Positions 18,460 to 28,550 of a stretch of 64,000 nucleotides of DNA are shown one piece after another. The stretch lies in the NCBI GenBank assembly GCA_963696385.1, contig CAVOKF010000003.1, forward strand, positions 576,001 to 640,000, written 5' to 3'. A model generated the notes under the pieces. The model was not told the origin of the DNA and made no database searches. It saw only the letters and a list, made by a program, of their open reading frames with translations. The translations under genes were made by a program, and so were the position numbers. The DNA comes from an uncultured delta proteobacterium. GTDB taxonomy: Bacteria; Myxococcota_A; Polyangia; Polyangiales; Polyangiaceae. Within the stretch, counting starts at the first letter, position 1, and every line of letters starts with the position of its first letter.

Positions 18460-18791
18460 TCGCAGCCGAACACTACGTTCTGGTCAGTGCGGCGCTCTTT
18501 CTCCTGGGTGGCGTCGGCTTCCTGGTCCGACGCAACGTTCTCGTGAGCTTGATGAGCATCGAAGTCATGCTCAACGCGGCGAACCTCGCGCTCGTCGCCT
18601 TCAACCGTTCCCACCTCGCCCACGACGCAACGCAGACGTATCCGGGGCAAAGCCACACGGGCCAAATTTTCGTGTTTTTCATCATTGCCGCCGAGGCGGC
18701 TGAGGTGGCCGTAGGACTCGCCATCGTGCTTGCCCTTTATCGCCTTCGGCGGACTGTTTGCTCCGACGAGGCCGATCTTTTGAAAAACTGA
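18456..18791 (+). CDS. nuoK: NADH-quinone oxidoreductase subunit K
   Basis: RRNVL..LMSIEVMLNAANL, GQIF, AAEVAVGLA. Confidence 0.95.
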   Translation: MIAAEHYVLVSAALFLLGGVGFLVRRNVLVSLMSIEVMLNAANLALVAFNRSHLAHDATQTYPGQSHTGQIFVFFIIAAEAAEVAVGLAIVLALYRLRRTVCSDEADLLKN

Positions 18792-18816
18792 CCGACGCCG
18801 CAGGGGCCCATCGCCA

Positions 18817-21372
18817 ATGCTCACGCTATTCCCGCAAAACGACTACGCGCTCATCGCCGTCATCCTCGGGATGCCGCTTTGTGGCGCATTCGTGAACGGC
18901 GTCTGGGGCAAGCGCCTCGGCAAGCCGGCCGTGCGCCTGATGACGCTGGCGGCCGTGGGCATCAGCTTCGTCGCCGCAGTGGCCGCGTTCATCGAACTCG
19001 CACAGCTCGTAGGCCAGCAAAAGGACGCGCAGGTCAAACTGTCATGGAGCGCGTGGGAGTGGATGCACACGAGCGGTCGGGACGGTGCGGACATTCCCAT
19101 CGCCGTCAAGTTCAGCATCGATCAGCTGAGCGGCGTGATGATGCTCGTCGTTACCGGCGTGGGTTTCCTCATTCACCTCTACGCGACGTCCTACATGGCC
19201 GAAGACCAGGGATACGCACGTTTCTTCGCGTATCTCAATTTGTTCATCTTCGCGATGCTCACGCTGATTCTCGCGGACAACCTTCCGCTGCTCTTCGTCG
19301 GCTGGGAAGGCGTCGGCCTGTGCTCCTACTTGCTCATCGGCTTCTGGTACGAGAGCAATACGAACGCAGCAGCCGGCAAGAAGGCGTTCATCGCCAACCG
19401 AATCGGTGACTTCGGCTTGTTGTGCGCCATGTTTCTTTTGGCGCACTACACCGGCGCGCTCGACTGGAACGGCATCGCCAATGGCGCGAGCAACCTGCTG
19501 CATCCCGGCGAGGCCTGGCGCGTTCACGTGTGGCCGCTCGGAGGCGGCGAATACCCCGCGGGGCCCTTGCATTTCTTGCAGCCGGCCCGACCCTTCACGA
19601 TCAGCGCCGCAACGGCCGTGGCCCTTGCGCTGCTCCTTGGGTGTACGGGAAAGAGCGCGCAGATTCCCCTGTACGTCTGGTTGCCGGACGCCATGGCTGG
19701 CCCCACGCCGGTTTCGGCGCTCATCCACGCAGCCACCATGGTCACCGCCGGCATCTATCTCGTCTGCCGGCTGTCGTTCGTCTTCGTCCTTTCGCCCTTC
19801 ACGATGATGGTCATCGCCATCATTGGAGCCGCCACCGCCCTCTTCGCAGCGACCATCGCGCTCGTGCAGACGGATATCAAGAAGGTTCTCGCGTACTCGA
19901 CGGTGAGCCAGCTCGGATACATGTTCCTCGGCGTCGGGGTTGGCGCGTTCTCCGCCGGTTTTTTCCACGTCTTCACGCACGCCTTCTTCAAAGCCTGCCT
20001 GTTCTTGTGCGCCGGGTCCGTCATCCACGCGATGCACGGTCGCATCCACGACGATGACAAGGCGCAGGACATTCGCAACATGGGAGGCTTGCGCAAGTGG
20101 ATGCCGCTGACGCACTGGACGTTCGCCGCGGCGACCGCCGCGATCATCGGTCTGCCACTGACCAGCGGATTTTTCTCAAAAGACGAGATCCTGTACGACG
20201 CCTTCGTCAACCACACGGTCAACCCGCTCGCGAACTCGCCGATGTTGCGCAAACTGAGGGTGTACGAGCCGCCCGCGTGGCTAGGGGGAGCGCTTTACTG
20301 GGTCGGCGTTCTGGCCGCGACGCTGACGGCCTTCTATATGTGCCGTCTCTATTTCTTGACGTTCTGGGGCGACTTTCGAGGCTGGACGGTGGGTCGACCG
20401 TCGCTGCTCGCCCGGCAAGAAGTGGAAGTCGGGCCCGAACGGCAGCACGGTCCGGATTCGGCCCCAGGGCAGCACCTGCCCCAACACGAGGATCTCTCGA
20501 AGCCCGGTCACCCGCCTCACGAGTCACCGTGGCCGATGACCGTCCCTCTCATCATCCTGGCCGCGTTCTCGCTTTTCGCCGGCATTTTGAATCCCGGGTT
20601 TGGCATCGTCGCGCAAAAGCCGCTCGACCATTGGCTCGAACCGGTATTCAAGGGGGCGATGGAAGGGGCGGTTCTGTTCCGCCATGGAAACGACCCGGCT
20701 TGGGCGCAACACTTGGAGTGGCCACTCGCGATCGGTGGCCTCTCGGCTTTTGCCGTCGGAACGGCGATCGCCTGGTGGGTCTACGTGATGGAGAAAGGCG
20801 AGCCCGCACGGCGTCTCGCCGCCGCCCAGCCGCGGCTCTACCAGCTGGTTCTCGACAAGTGGCGAATCGACGAACTCTACGATGCGACCATCATCGCCGG
20901 AGTCGACGCGCTGGCAGAGACCAGTGCCGCGGTCGATCAATCCATCGTGGACGGCATCCTCGCGCGGCTCACGTCATGGATCGTCGCCGCGGCGGGCACC
21001 GTTCTCCGGGCGTTCCAAACCGGCGTCGTTCACATGTACGCGGCGATGATGGTCTTCGGTCTCGCATTCGTCGGCTGGTTTCTGACGGTGCCTCACCCCG
21101 AGGCCACGGTCGCAGACGGGGGCGGCGATGACTACGTGGTCACCGCCGCGCCGGGCGTCGGCTACGGGTACCGCTGGCACACCGAAACCGACACCGCCAA
21201 AGACACGCCGTTTGGCGCAGACCCGGCCGATCGCACGCTCAAGCTTCGCGTCGAGCCGGGCAAGACCACAACCGTAAGTCTCGCGGTCCGAAACGCGTTC
21301 GGGTTCGTTGGCACGAAGACCCTCAAGATCGCTCGACCTGCCGCACGGCCCCTCGTCTCTTCTGCACTCTAA
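18817..21372 (+). CDS. nuoL: NADH-quinone oxidoreductase subunit L (with C-terminal extension)
   Basis: GWEGVGLCSYLLIGFW, KAFIANRIGD, GKSAQIPLYVWLPDAMAGPTPVSALIHAATMV, HAFFKA, FFSKD. Confidence 0.96.
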   Translation: MLTLFPQNDYALIAVILGMPLCGAFVNGVWGKRLGKPAVRLMTLAAVGISFVAAVAAFIELAQLVGQQKDAQVKLSWSAWEWMHTSGRDGADIPIAVKFSIDQLSGVMMLVVTGVGFLIHLYATSYMAEDQGYARFFAYLNLFIFAMLTLILADNLPLLFVGWEGVGLCSYLLIGFWYESNTNAAAGKKAFIANRIGDFGLLCAMFLLAHYTGALDWNGIANGASNLLHPGEAWRVHVWPLGGGEYPAGPLHFLQPARPFTISAATAVALALLLGCTGKSAQIPLYVWLPDAMAGPTPVSALIHAATMVTAGIYLVCRLSFVFVLSPFTMMVIAIIGAATALFAATIALVQTDIKKVLAYSTVSQLGYMFLGVGVGAFSAGFFHVFTHAFFKACLFLCAGSVIHAMHGRIHDDDKAQDIRNMGGLRKWMPLTHWTFAAATAAIIGLPLTSGFFSKDEILYDAFVNHTVNPLANSPMLRKLRVYEPPAWLGGALYWVGVLAATLTAFYMCRLYFLTFWGDFRGWTVGRPSLLARQEVEVGPERQHGPDSAPGQHLPQHEDLSKPGHPPHESPWPMTVPLIILAAFSLFAGILNPGFGIVAQKPLDHWLEPVFKGAMEGAVLFRHGNDPAWAQHLEWPLAIGGLSAFAVGTAIAWWVYVMEKGEPARRLAAAQPRLYQLVLDKWRIDELYDATIIAGVDALAETSAAVDQSIVDGILARLTSWIVAAAGTVLRAFQTGVVHMYAAMMVFGLAFVGWFLTVPHPEATVADGGGDDYVVTAAPGVGYGYRWHTETDTAKDTPFGADPADRTLKLRVEPGKTTTVSLAVRNAFGFVGTKTLKIARPAARPLVSSAL

Positions 21373-21387
21373 GGGAACGACCCACCC

Positions 21388-23289
21388 ATGGCCAACGCGG
21401 AAGCAACACCTCCCAAGCAGGAAGAGCCGTCGCCCCTGCAACCGGTGCATGTCGCCGGGATGCTGTTCGTCGCCCTCGTCGCCGTGGTCGCCGCGCGCTT
21501 CTTCGACGGCGCGATCCCCGTCATCGGCGCCGCGCTTGTGGGTGCGCTGGTTCCGAAGCAGCAGACCCGGAGCGTTCGCGGAGCGATCGGGATCATGGCT
21601 GCACTCGTCGCTCTGTTCATCGCGCGCATGTGGCCAACCGGTGCCTCGATCGTCGACGCGGCGCAAGCACCTTCACGAGAAGGCGCTCACGTTCTCAGTT
21701 GGCTCCTCGGAGTGCCTATCGGTGGAGCGATCGCGGTGCTGTTTCTGCCCCGGCAGTCGCACGACTTGCTCCGCATGACGACCCTGCTCGTCATGCTCGT
21801 CTCGCTCGCGGTCGCCCTCCCGCTCCTGGGCATCCCGATGGGCCGCGCCTACCACTTCAACGAGTATGCGGCGTGGATGCCACGATTCGGCATTCATTAT
21901 CACGTCGCGATCGACGGGATTTCGCTCTGGCTTGTGATGCTCACGGTGTTCATCACTCCGATCGCCGCCTTCGCCTCGTTCGGCTCGATCCACGTCCGCA
22001 TAAAGGACTGGTGCTTCGCGCTGCTGTTGCTCGAAGGAGCGATGCTCGGCGCTTTCGTATCCGTCGACCTGTTCCTGTTCTACGTCTTCTGGGAGCTCAT
22101 GCTGATCCCGATGTACGTGATGATTGGGGTTTGGGGCGGGACCCATCGCATCCGAAGCGCTATGAAGTTTTTTATCTATACGATGTTCGGATCGGTCTTG
22201 ATGCTGGGTGCCATCTTGTACGTGGCCTACGCGTACGCCGAAGTCAACGGCGGCCAACCGAGCTTTGACTACTTCGATTTGAAGCGCCTCGTCCTGCCAC
22301 GCCACTTGCAAATCTGGCTTTGGGCGGCATTCACACTGGCGTTCGTGATCAAGGTGCCCATGTTCCCGGTGCATACATGGCTCCCCGATGCGCACACCGA
22401 AGCGCCCACCGCAGGATCCATCATCTTGGCGGCCGTGATGCTGAAAATGGGAACGTACGGCTACTTGCGATTCGCGATCGGGCTGTTCCCGGAGGCTAGC
22501 AGGGAGCTTGCCGCCAACCTCGCGGGAGTGGCGGTTTTGGGTGGCATCCTTTACGGGGCGCTCTGCGCGTGGAAACAACAGGACGTCAAGCGACTCATCG
22601 CCTATTCGTCGGTCGCTCATCTCGGATACGTCATGTTGGGCCTCTTCGCGCTCACGCAAGCATCCGTCGAGGGGAGCGTTCTTCAAATGGTGAACCACGG
22701 CATCTCGACCGGAATGCTCTTTCTCCTGTTCGGCGTCATTTATGATCGGCGCCATACGCGCAACATCGATCAATTCGGCGGCCTCACCAAGCCGATGCCG
22801 GTCTATGCCACGCTATTCCTGGTGGCGACTCTCGCGAGCATCGGATTGCCTGGTACCAACGGCTTCATCGGTGAATTCATGGTGATCACTGGCGCGTTCG
22901 CGTCCAAAGCACTTGGGCATTTCGCCGGAATCCAAGCGGCCGGGGCCGCCATCGGCGTGATTCTCGGTGCCGTCTACATGCTGATGGTCGTCCAGAAGAT
23001 GTTTTTCGGTCCAATCACCAAAGAGGAGAACCGACACCTTCGCGACATGTCACCGCGCGAGCTCGTAGCCGTTGCTCCGCTGGCGATGATGATTTTCGTC
23101 GTGGGGCTATTTCCGAATATTTTTCTCGCCCAGATCAAGGGCGCAGCCGCCCGCGTGCAAGACGAGGTCGAGGCCCGATTGGACGCGAATCCCGCCCCAC
23201 GATTCTACGAGGGACCTCTCAAACTCGCGCCTCCCCGCCCGGAGGACCCCCCCGTCGGGTCTCGTTCTCCAGGCGGCGGCACGCACTGA
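21388..23289 (+). CDS. nuoM: NADH-quinone oxidoreductase subunit M (with N-terminal extension)
   Basis: DGISL, FYVFWELMLIPMY, KVPMFPVHTWLPDAH, LKMGTYG, KRLIAYSS, QMVNHG, GLPGTNGFIGEF. Confidence 0.96.
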   Translation: MANAEATPPKQEEPSPLQPVHVAGMLFVALVAVVAARFFDGAIPVIGAALVGALVPKQQTRSVRGAIGIMAALVALFIARMWPTGASIVDAAQAPSREGAHVLSWLLGVPIGGAIAVLFLPRQSHDLLRMTTLLVMLVSLAVALPLLGIPMGRAYHFNEYAAWMPRFGIHYHVAIDGISLWLVMLTVFITPIAAFASFGSIHVRIKDWCFALLLLEGAMLGAFVSVDLFLFYVFWELMLIPMYVMIGVWGGTHRIRSAMKFFIYTMFGSVLMLGAILYVAYAYAEVNGGQPSFDYFDLKRLVLPRHLQIWLWAAFTLAFVIKVPMFPVHTWLPDAHTEAPTAGSIILAAVMLKMGTYGYLRFAIGLFPEASRELAANLAGVAVLGGILYGALCAWKQQDVKRLIAYSSVAHLGYVMLGLFALTQASVEGSVLQMVNHGISTGMLFLLFGVIYDRRHTRNIDQFGGLTKPMPVYATLFLVATLASIGLPGTNGFIGEFMVITGAFASKALGHFAGIQAAGAAIGVILGAVYMLMVVQKMFFGPITKEENRHLRDMSPRELVAVAPLAMMIFVVGLFPNIFLAQIKGAAARVQDEVEARLDANPAPRFYEGPLKLAPPRPEDPPVGSRSPGGGTH

Positions 23290-23298
23290 GGACGCGCC

Positions 23299-24780
23299 AT
23301 GATGATCGCTCTCGCACTCTCTCCGCTGCTCGTCGTCGGTATTGGCGCGCTTGCCTTGATGATGGTCGAGGCATTCTCCACCCACCTCTCGGGCTTTGCC
23401 CTGGGCGCCGCGGTCATTCTGTTTGCAGGCGGCGCTTCGGCGGGGGGCGTGTGGCTGTTCGGCGTCGAGCACCTCAGCGGCATCGAATCGCTCGCGCCAT
23501 GGCTGATCATCGATGATTTCACCCTCTTCTTCGACATCTTGCTCTGCCTAGGGGCCGGCATTGCCGCTCTGCTCGCAGGCGGATACTTGCGCGAGCATCG
23601 CATCGATCGCGGCGAATTTTACGCGCTGCTGCTCTTCGCGACTGTCGGCGCCATGACGCTCGTGTCGTCCGGCGACGCGCTCACGCTCTTTCTCGGTCTC
23701 GAAACCATGAGCATCGGTGCGTACGCAATGACTGCGTTCCGCCGCTCCAGCCCTCGCGCGGCCGAAGGCGCGCTCAAGTACTTCCTGCTGGGATCGTTCG
23801 CCGCAGCCCTTCTCCTCTACGGCTTCGCGCTCATCTACGGGGCCACCGGGCATACCGACTTGATCGGCATCGGCGCCGCCGCCCACACGGCCGCCGGACG
23901 CAGCCCGATGCTCGTCATGGGAGTCGCGTTGGTCCTCGTCGGAATACTATTTGAGGTGAGCGCGGTCCCGTTTCACGCTTGGGCCCCCGATGCTTACGAG
24001 GGAGCGCCGACACCTACTACGGCATTCATGGCCGTCGCGGTGAAGGCAGCCGCTTTCGCGATGCTTCTCCGCGTTCTTTTGCTGGCGGTCAACGACGAAG
24101 CGTGGAGGTCGTGGGGCAGCGGGTGGCCTCCCGTGGTCGCCGGACTGGCGGTGGCCACGATGACCGTCGCGAACCTCGTCGCCGGCCGGCAGGAGTCGGT
24201 CAAGCGCATGCTCGCGTACTCGAGCATCGCGCACGCGGGCTACGCGCTGGTCGGCGTAACCGCGATCGTACGAGCGCCTGCCGAGGCGACCGCAAGCGTA
24301 CTGTACTATTTGCTGGCTTACGCGGTGTCGACCGCTGGGGCCTTCGGGACACTCGTGATCTGCGGCAGCTACGGCCGTGAGGCCGTCACGTTCGAAGACC
24401 TTTCGGGTATCGGAAAGCGCAACCCGGCCGTCGCACTCGCCTTTTCGCTGTTTCTCGTATCGCTCGCCGGAATTCCGCCTACCGCTGGGTTCTTCGGCAA
24501 GTGGTTCGTTTTCAGGGCCGCGATCGACGGTGGGCTTTATTGGTTGGCCGTCATCGCTCTTATCAACAGCGTGATCGCCGCGTACTACTACCTGCGAGTC
24601 CTCGTTTACATGTACATGAGAGAGCCGGCCGCCGGAGCAGCGGTGGCCCGTCCGATGCGGTCGGGTTACGTGACGGCCGCCCTGCTGGTGAGTGCCGCGC
24701 TGGTGCTGGCACTCGGACTCACGCCAACGCATTACCTCGACGCCGCCGTCGACGCGGCCAGCTTCGGACCCAAAGGATGA
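23299..24780 (+). CDS. nuoN: NADH-quinone oxidoreductase subunit N
   Basis: EGALKYFLLG, PFHAWAPDAYEGAP, KRMLAYSSIAH, SLAGIPPTAGFFGK, YYYLR. Confidence 0.96.
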   Translation: MMIALALSPLLVVGIGALALMMVEAFSTHLSGFALGAAVILFAGGASAGGVWLFGVEHLSGIESLAPWLIIDDFTLFFDILLCLGAGIAALLAGGYLREHRIDRGEFYALLLFATVGAMTLVSSGDALTLFLGLETMSIGAYAMTAFRRSSPRAAEGALKYFLLGSFAAALLLYGFALIYGATGHTDLIGIGAAAHTAAGRSPMLVMGVALVLVGILFEVSAVPFHAWAPDAYEGAPTPTTAFMAVAVKAAAFAMLLRVLLLAVNDEAWRSWGSGWPPVVAGLAVATMTVANLVAGRQESVKRMLAYSSIAHAGYALVGVTAIVRAPAEATASVLYYLLAYAVSTAGAFGTLVICGSYGREAVTFEDLSGIGKRNPAVALAFSLFLVSLAGIPPTAGFFGKWFVFRAAIDGGLYWLAVIALINSVIAAYYYLRVLVYMYMREPAAGAAVARPMRSGYVTAALLVSAALVLALGLTPTHYLDAAVDAASFGPKG

Positions 24781-24787
24781 CAGGGCG

Positions 24788-25723
24788 ATGCCGCTCGCGC
24801 AGAGCTTGCAAGTGTTCGCCCTCATGTGCCCCTCTGCCATCGTTATCGCCACGCTTGTTGGCACGGCCGCATGTGTGGTGGGCTGCCGCAGTCCCCGGGA
24901 AGAGATCTCCGGTGGCGACTCGGGTGGCTCGTCGGGAGGACGGGGCACCGGTCCCCCGAATGCCCTTCCCCTTCCGAGCAGTAGTGTCGAAGCTCAAGTC
25001 AACCCTGCAAAGCTACCGCCGTACGACGGCCCCACCGGAAGCGTCGAGGGGTTCGTGTTCGTAAAAGGACCGACCGCTCCCGACGTTCCGATGCTCGACT
25101 TTCGAACTTGCCCTGCGGGGATCGACACCTATGGAAAGCTCTTCCGCGCCGGGCCGGTCAACGAACAAGGCTTGCGCCCCCTGGCGGACGCCGTCGTCGT
25201 CGTGACCGGGTACGCGGGCTATTATCTGCCGGACAAGAACCCCGCCGCCAGCGTTACGATTAGCGCAAACTGCGGGTACCCCCAGCGCGCCATCGCGATC
25301 ACATTTGGTCAGCGTCTCGAGATTGCGAACGATTCCAAGTATCCATTTGCGCCTTATCTCGAAGGAACTTTTCAGCCGGCGATCATGATCGCTCCCCCGC
25401 AACGCAGCGGCGATCCCGTTAAGCTCTATCCGCCGTCGCCCGGACACTTCCTGATGGCGGATCGAATGCAGTCCTTCGTCACGGAGGACATCTACGTCTT
25501 GCGCCACCCGCTGCACGCCGTAACCGACCTGAGCGGGCACTATCGCATCGACGGGGTACCCGCCACGAGTGTCAAGGTGGGCGCGATCCTCAACGCGATC
25601 CGGGACGAGCGGCAGCTGGACATCGACGTCCGAGCCCATGTCGTCGAGAAGGTCGACATCGTTTTGACATACGCGCCCGACGCCCATGCGCCCGGAAGCG
25701 GCTCTTCACACGTCATTCCGTGA
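24788..25723 (+). CDS. Putative lipoprotein, carboxypeptidase-regulatory-like/cupredoxin-like beta domains
   Basis: Lipobox-like VVGC; GSVEG.V, CGYP....I..GQ.LEI.N, HPLHAVTD..G.YRIDGVP. Confidence 0.65.
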   Translation: MPLAQSLQVFALMCPSAIVIATLVGTAACVVGCRSPREEISGGDSGGSSGGRGTGPPNALPLPSSSVEAQVNPAKLPPYDGPTGSVEGFVFVKGPTAPDVPMLDFRTCPAGIDTYGKLFRAGPVNEQGLRPLADAVVVVTGYAGYYLPDKNPAASVTISANCGYPQRAIAITFGQRLEIANDSKYPFAPYLEGTFQPAIMIAPPQRSGDPVKLYPPSPGHFLMADRMQSFVTEDIYVLRHPLHAVTDLSGHYRIDGVPATSVKVGAILNAIRDERQLDIDVRAHVVEKVDIVLTYAPDAHAPGSGSSHVIP

Positions 25724-27320
25724 CGGCTCCGAAATGACCCTCCGCCAGTGCGGTGAGTGCTGCGCGGGCCCGTCTCGCCATGTCGATATCGCCCGTCCTT
25801 TCCGCCACCCGCAGCGCGGCTGCCGCGATCAGCGGATCCGCCGGGTCACGCGCCAGCAGCGTCTGCGCGGTCGCCGGCGGGATGGGGGCACCGGATGCGA
25901 TCATGACGAGGCTCCGGGCGACGACCACGACGCGGTCGTCGGGATTCAACCGCGTCAAACGCTCGCCGAGCTCCCGCGTACGTCCGGCGGACGGTTGCGC
26001 GAGAGCGAGGGCGAGATACTCGTGCCGGACGTCGACCGCTCCCGGCGGCGGCGGGGCCCATCCCTCCCCCGGACGCCCGCCGCGCAACACGCGCAGCTCG
26101 ATGACCGCGTCGGCCGACAGGTCGCCGGCATCGACAAGCCCGCGCGACGCGAGCTCGGCCGCGGGGCGCTCGACCAGTTCGTCTCCAGCGACGATGGCCT
26201 GGTGGTCGATGCCGGAGAAGCCTTGCGCACGCTCACTCGAGCGGGCGTGGACGCGCGTTCCGGCGAAAGCAATCCATGCCGCGCCACTGACTTGCCCGGC
26301 GGCAGCGCCGCGGCTCGGGGTGGGCACTTGCACGGCGCTGCCTTCAACGGCCGCGATGACGACTCGCGCCCCGTCGTCACGCGGATCCGCGCGCACCAAC
26401 GTCGATGCAAGCTCTCGCGCCATCGCCGCGTCTCCGGCGAGCAAGGCACGCGCCGCGACCTCGTCGAGCGCCAGGTGCGCATGGGTTGCTCGCTCGCGCA
26501 CCCCTCGCGAATCGCGACGCGCGATCGCTTCGTCGACCGCCAGTCGTGCTGCGAGGGGATAGCGACTCGACAGCGGCTGCTCGGACGCATCGACCGCGGC
26601 GGCAGCGACGAGCCGAGCTGAGCCGCCGGCGCCCAGCCCCGCCAACGCCTCGGCCGATTGAGCGACCTCATCGCGCTCCAAAGGTGCGATTTTCGCGAGT
26701 GCGACCAACGCGCGCGCCCAGAGCGCGATTTCGCCATGGCTCTCACCCCAAACGACGAGAGCGCGCAACGCAGCGCTCGGCAAGCCCCCGGCGACGGTGA
26801 ACGCCACCAGAGCGTCACCCTTGGCATCGTCGCCCTCGCCCAGGTCTGGACGCGCGAGACGCGAGGGCGACGCTCCGAGCGGTGCCAGCGCCGCGCGGCG
26901 GGCGGCTGCGCGGGCTCCAATTTCGTCCCCCCGGATGCGAGCGCACTTCGCCTTCTCGGCCCAGACCCTCGCGTAGGCGTCGTCCACCGCCAGGGCCCTG
27001 TCGAACGCTGCATCCGCACCGGGATCGCGCGGATTCTCGGCGCAACGGACCGCGCCGATACGCGTCCAAATTTCGGGGCCGCCCGGATCCAACCGCTCGG
27101 CTCTATGGTACGCCTTCAGAGCTTCGACGTCGTCGCCTTCCGCCTCCGCGATCGATCCGCGCAGAAACGCGGAATACGTCTCCGGCTCAATGAAACGCCC
27201 CGAGACGACGTGCCCCTCGTACGAGCGGTCGACCGTTGCTTCACGCGCACATCCGGTGGCGACCAGCGTCAGGGCCGTTGCGATCGCTGCGCTTCGTGTC
27301 GCGCCGGAACCTCGCGTCAC
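25713..27320 (-). CDS. Putative TPR-like helical lipoprotein
   Basis: GTG overlaps the hisC stop; lipobox LVATGC; TPR-like helices (AYHRAERLDP, AFDRALAVDD); Ala-rich helical sequence. Confidence 0.65.
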   Translation of the reverse strand: MTRGSGATRSAAIATALTLVATGCAREATVDRSYEGHVVSGRFIEPETYSAFLRGSIAEAEGDDVEALKAYHRAERLDPGGPEIWTRIGAVRCAENPRDPGADAAFDRALAVDDAYARVWAEKAKCARIRGDEIGARAAARRAALAPLGASPSRLARPDLGEGDDAKGDALVAFTVAGGLPSAALRALVVWGESHGEIALWARALVALAKIAPLERDEVAQSAEALAGLGAGGSARLVAAAAVDASEQPLSSRYPLAARLAVDEAIARRDSRGVRERATHAHLALDEVAARALLAGDAAMARELASTLVRADPRDDGARVVIAAVEGSAVQVPTPSRGAAAGQVSGAAWIAFAGTRVHARSSERAQGFSGIDHQAIVAGDELVERPAAELASRGLVDAGDLSADAVIELRVLRGGRPGEGWAPPPPGAVDVRHEYLALALAQPSAGRTRELGERLTRLNPDDRVVVVARSLVMIASGAPIPPATAQTLLARDPADPLIAAAALRVAERTGDIDMARRARAALTALAEGHFGAVTE

Positions 27321-28411
27321 GACGCCACAGCCTCGCGCAACGCATCGATGAAGCGATCGTTGTCGCTCGACGCGCCGATGGTAACCCTCAACCGGTTGGC
27401 CAGCCGACCTCCGGCGGCGTGAAAGCTCCTGACGAGGACACCGCGGCTGACCAACGAATCGAACACTTGACCGGCCGGGCGAGGCGTAGCCACCCACAGA
27501 AAGTTGGCGTGACTCGGCGCGACATGGACCCCCGACAGGTCGCGCAACGCTACAGCCACCCGTTCACGCTCGCGAACGATTGCATCGACGTGAGATCGGA
27601 CCTCGTCCCACGCTTCGGCGAGCACCGCCGAAGCCGCGGCCTGACTCGTCGCGCTCACGTTGAACGGCTGTCTCGCCTTGTCGAGTTGCACGACGAGCCC
27701 TTCGTCGGCTTCGATCCATCCGATGCGGAGCGCCGCAAGCCCGACTTTACTCAATGTCCGCATCAACGCCAAATTCGGATAACGCGAACGCCAAGCGCGG
27801 AGCGAGTCTCCGGCGTAATCGACGTAGGCCTCATCGACGACGACGAGCGCGTCGCGTGCTGCTTCGAGCACGGCGGCGATGCGGTCGTCGGACATGCGAT
27901 TGCCCGTTGGATTGTTCGGGCTCGCGATGAAAACGATGTTGGGCCGCGTTACTTCGATGGCGCGCCCCATCGCTGCAACGTCCAGGTCCCATTTCGCGTC
28001 GAGCGGCACTTCGATGGGCTTGTAGCCGTGCAATTTAGCCGTGACCCGATACATCACGAACGTGGGCGTCGGCACGACGACAACGGGTTGCGCCGCTCTC
28101 GGACGTGGCTGGGCCATCGCGGAGAGGAGAATGCCAATGACCTCGTCGGATCCCGACCCGATGAGCAGCTCGTCGGGTCGGGCGCGCGTCCGCTCGGCAA
28201 TCCGACCTCTGAGCTCGCGCATCCGTGCGTCGGGATAGCGCTCGAGCGGGGTACGCTCGATCGCGCGAGTCACGGCCTCGCGCACTCGAGCGCCCGGGTT
28301 CGGGGGGGCTTCATTGGCGTCAAGACGGACGTGAATGCCAGGGGGATCCGCGGGGACGTACGACGACAGCTCGGCAAGCTCGGCGCGAAGGAGGTTCGAC
28401 CAGTCCGGCAC
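27317..28411 (-). CDS. hisC: Histidinol-phosphate aminotransferase
   Basis: RLDANE, RYPD, GSDE, SPNNPTG, DEAY, PLP lysine RTLSK.GLAALRIG, SHANF, LRVTIG. GTG 28411 chosen. Confidence 0.95.
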   Translation of the reverse strand: MPDWSNLLRAELAELSSYVPADPPGIHVRLDANEAPPNPGARVREAVTRAIERTPLERYPDARMRELRGRIAERTRARPDELLIGSGSDEVIGILLSAMAQPRPRAAQPVVVVPTPTFVMYRVTAKLHGYKPIEVPLDAKWDLDVAAMGRAIEVTRPNIVFIASPNNPTGNRMSDDRIAAVLEAARDALVVVDEAYVDYAGDSLRAWRSRYPNLALMRTLSKVGLAALRIGWIEADEGLVVQLDKARQPFNVSATSQAAASAVLAEAWDEVRSHVDAIVRERERVAVALRDLSGVHVAPSHANFLWVATPRPAGQVFDSLVSRGVLVRSFHAAGGRLANRLRVTIGASSDNDRFIDALREAVAS

Positions 28412-28550
28412 GGCAGTTCTATAGCACCCGGGCTCGATCGCCCCGAATCGGCTTGCCCTTCGAGGAAGCGGTCGCTCGCGAACTGCCAAATTTTGGCAGC
28501 GTCCGGGCCACTGCCCGAAGGATGACGCGGACGACGGATCCCGCTTTGCT

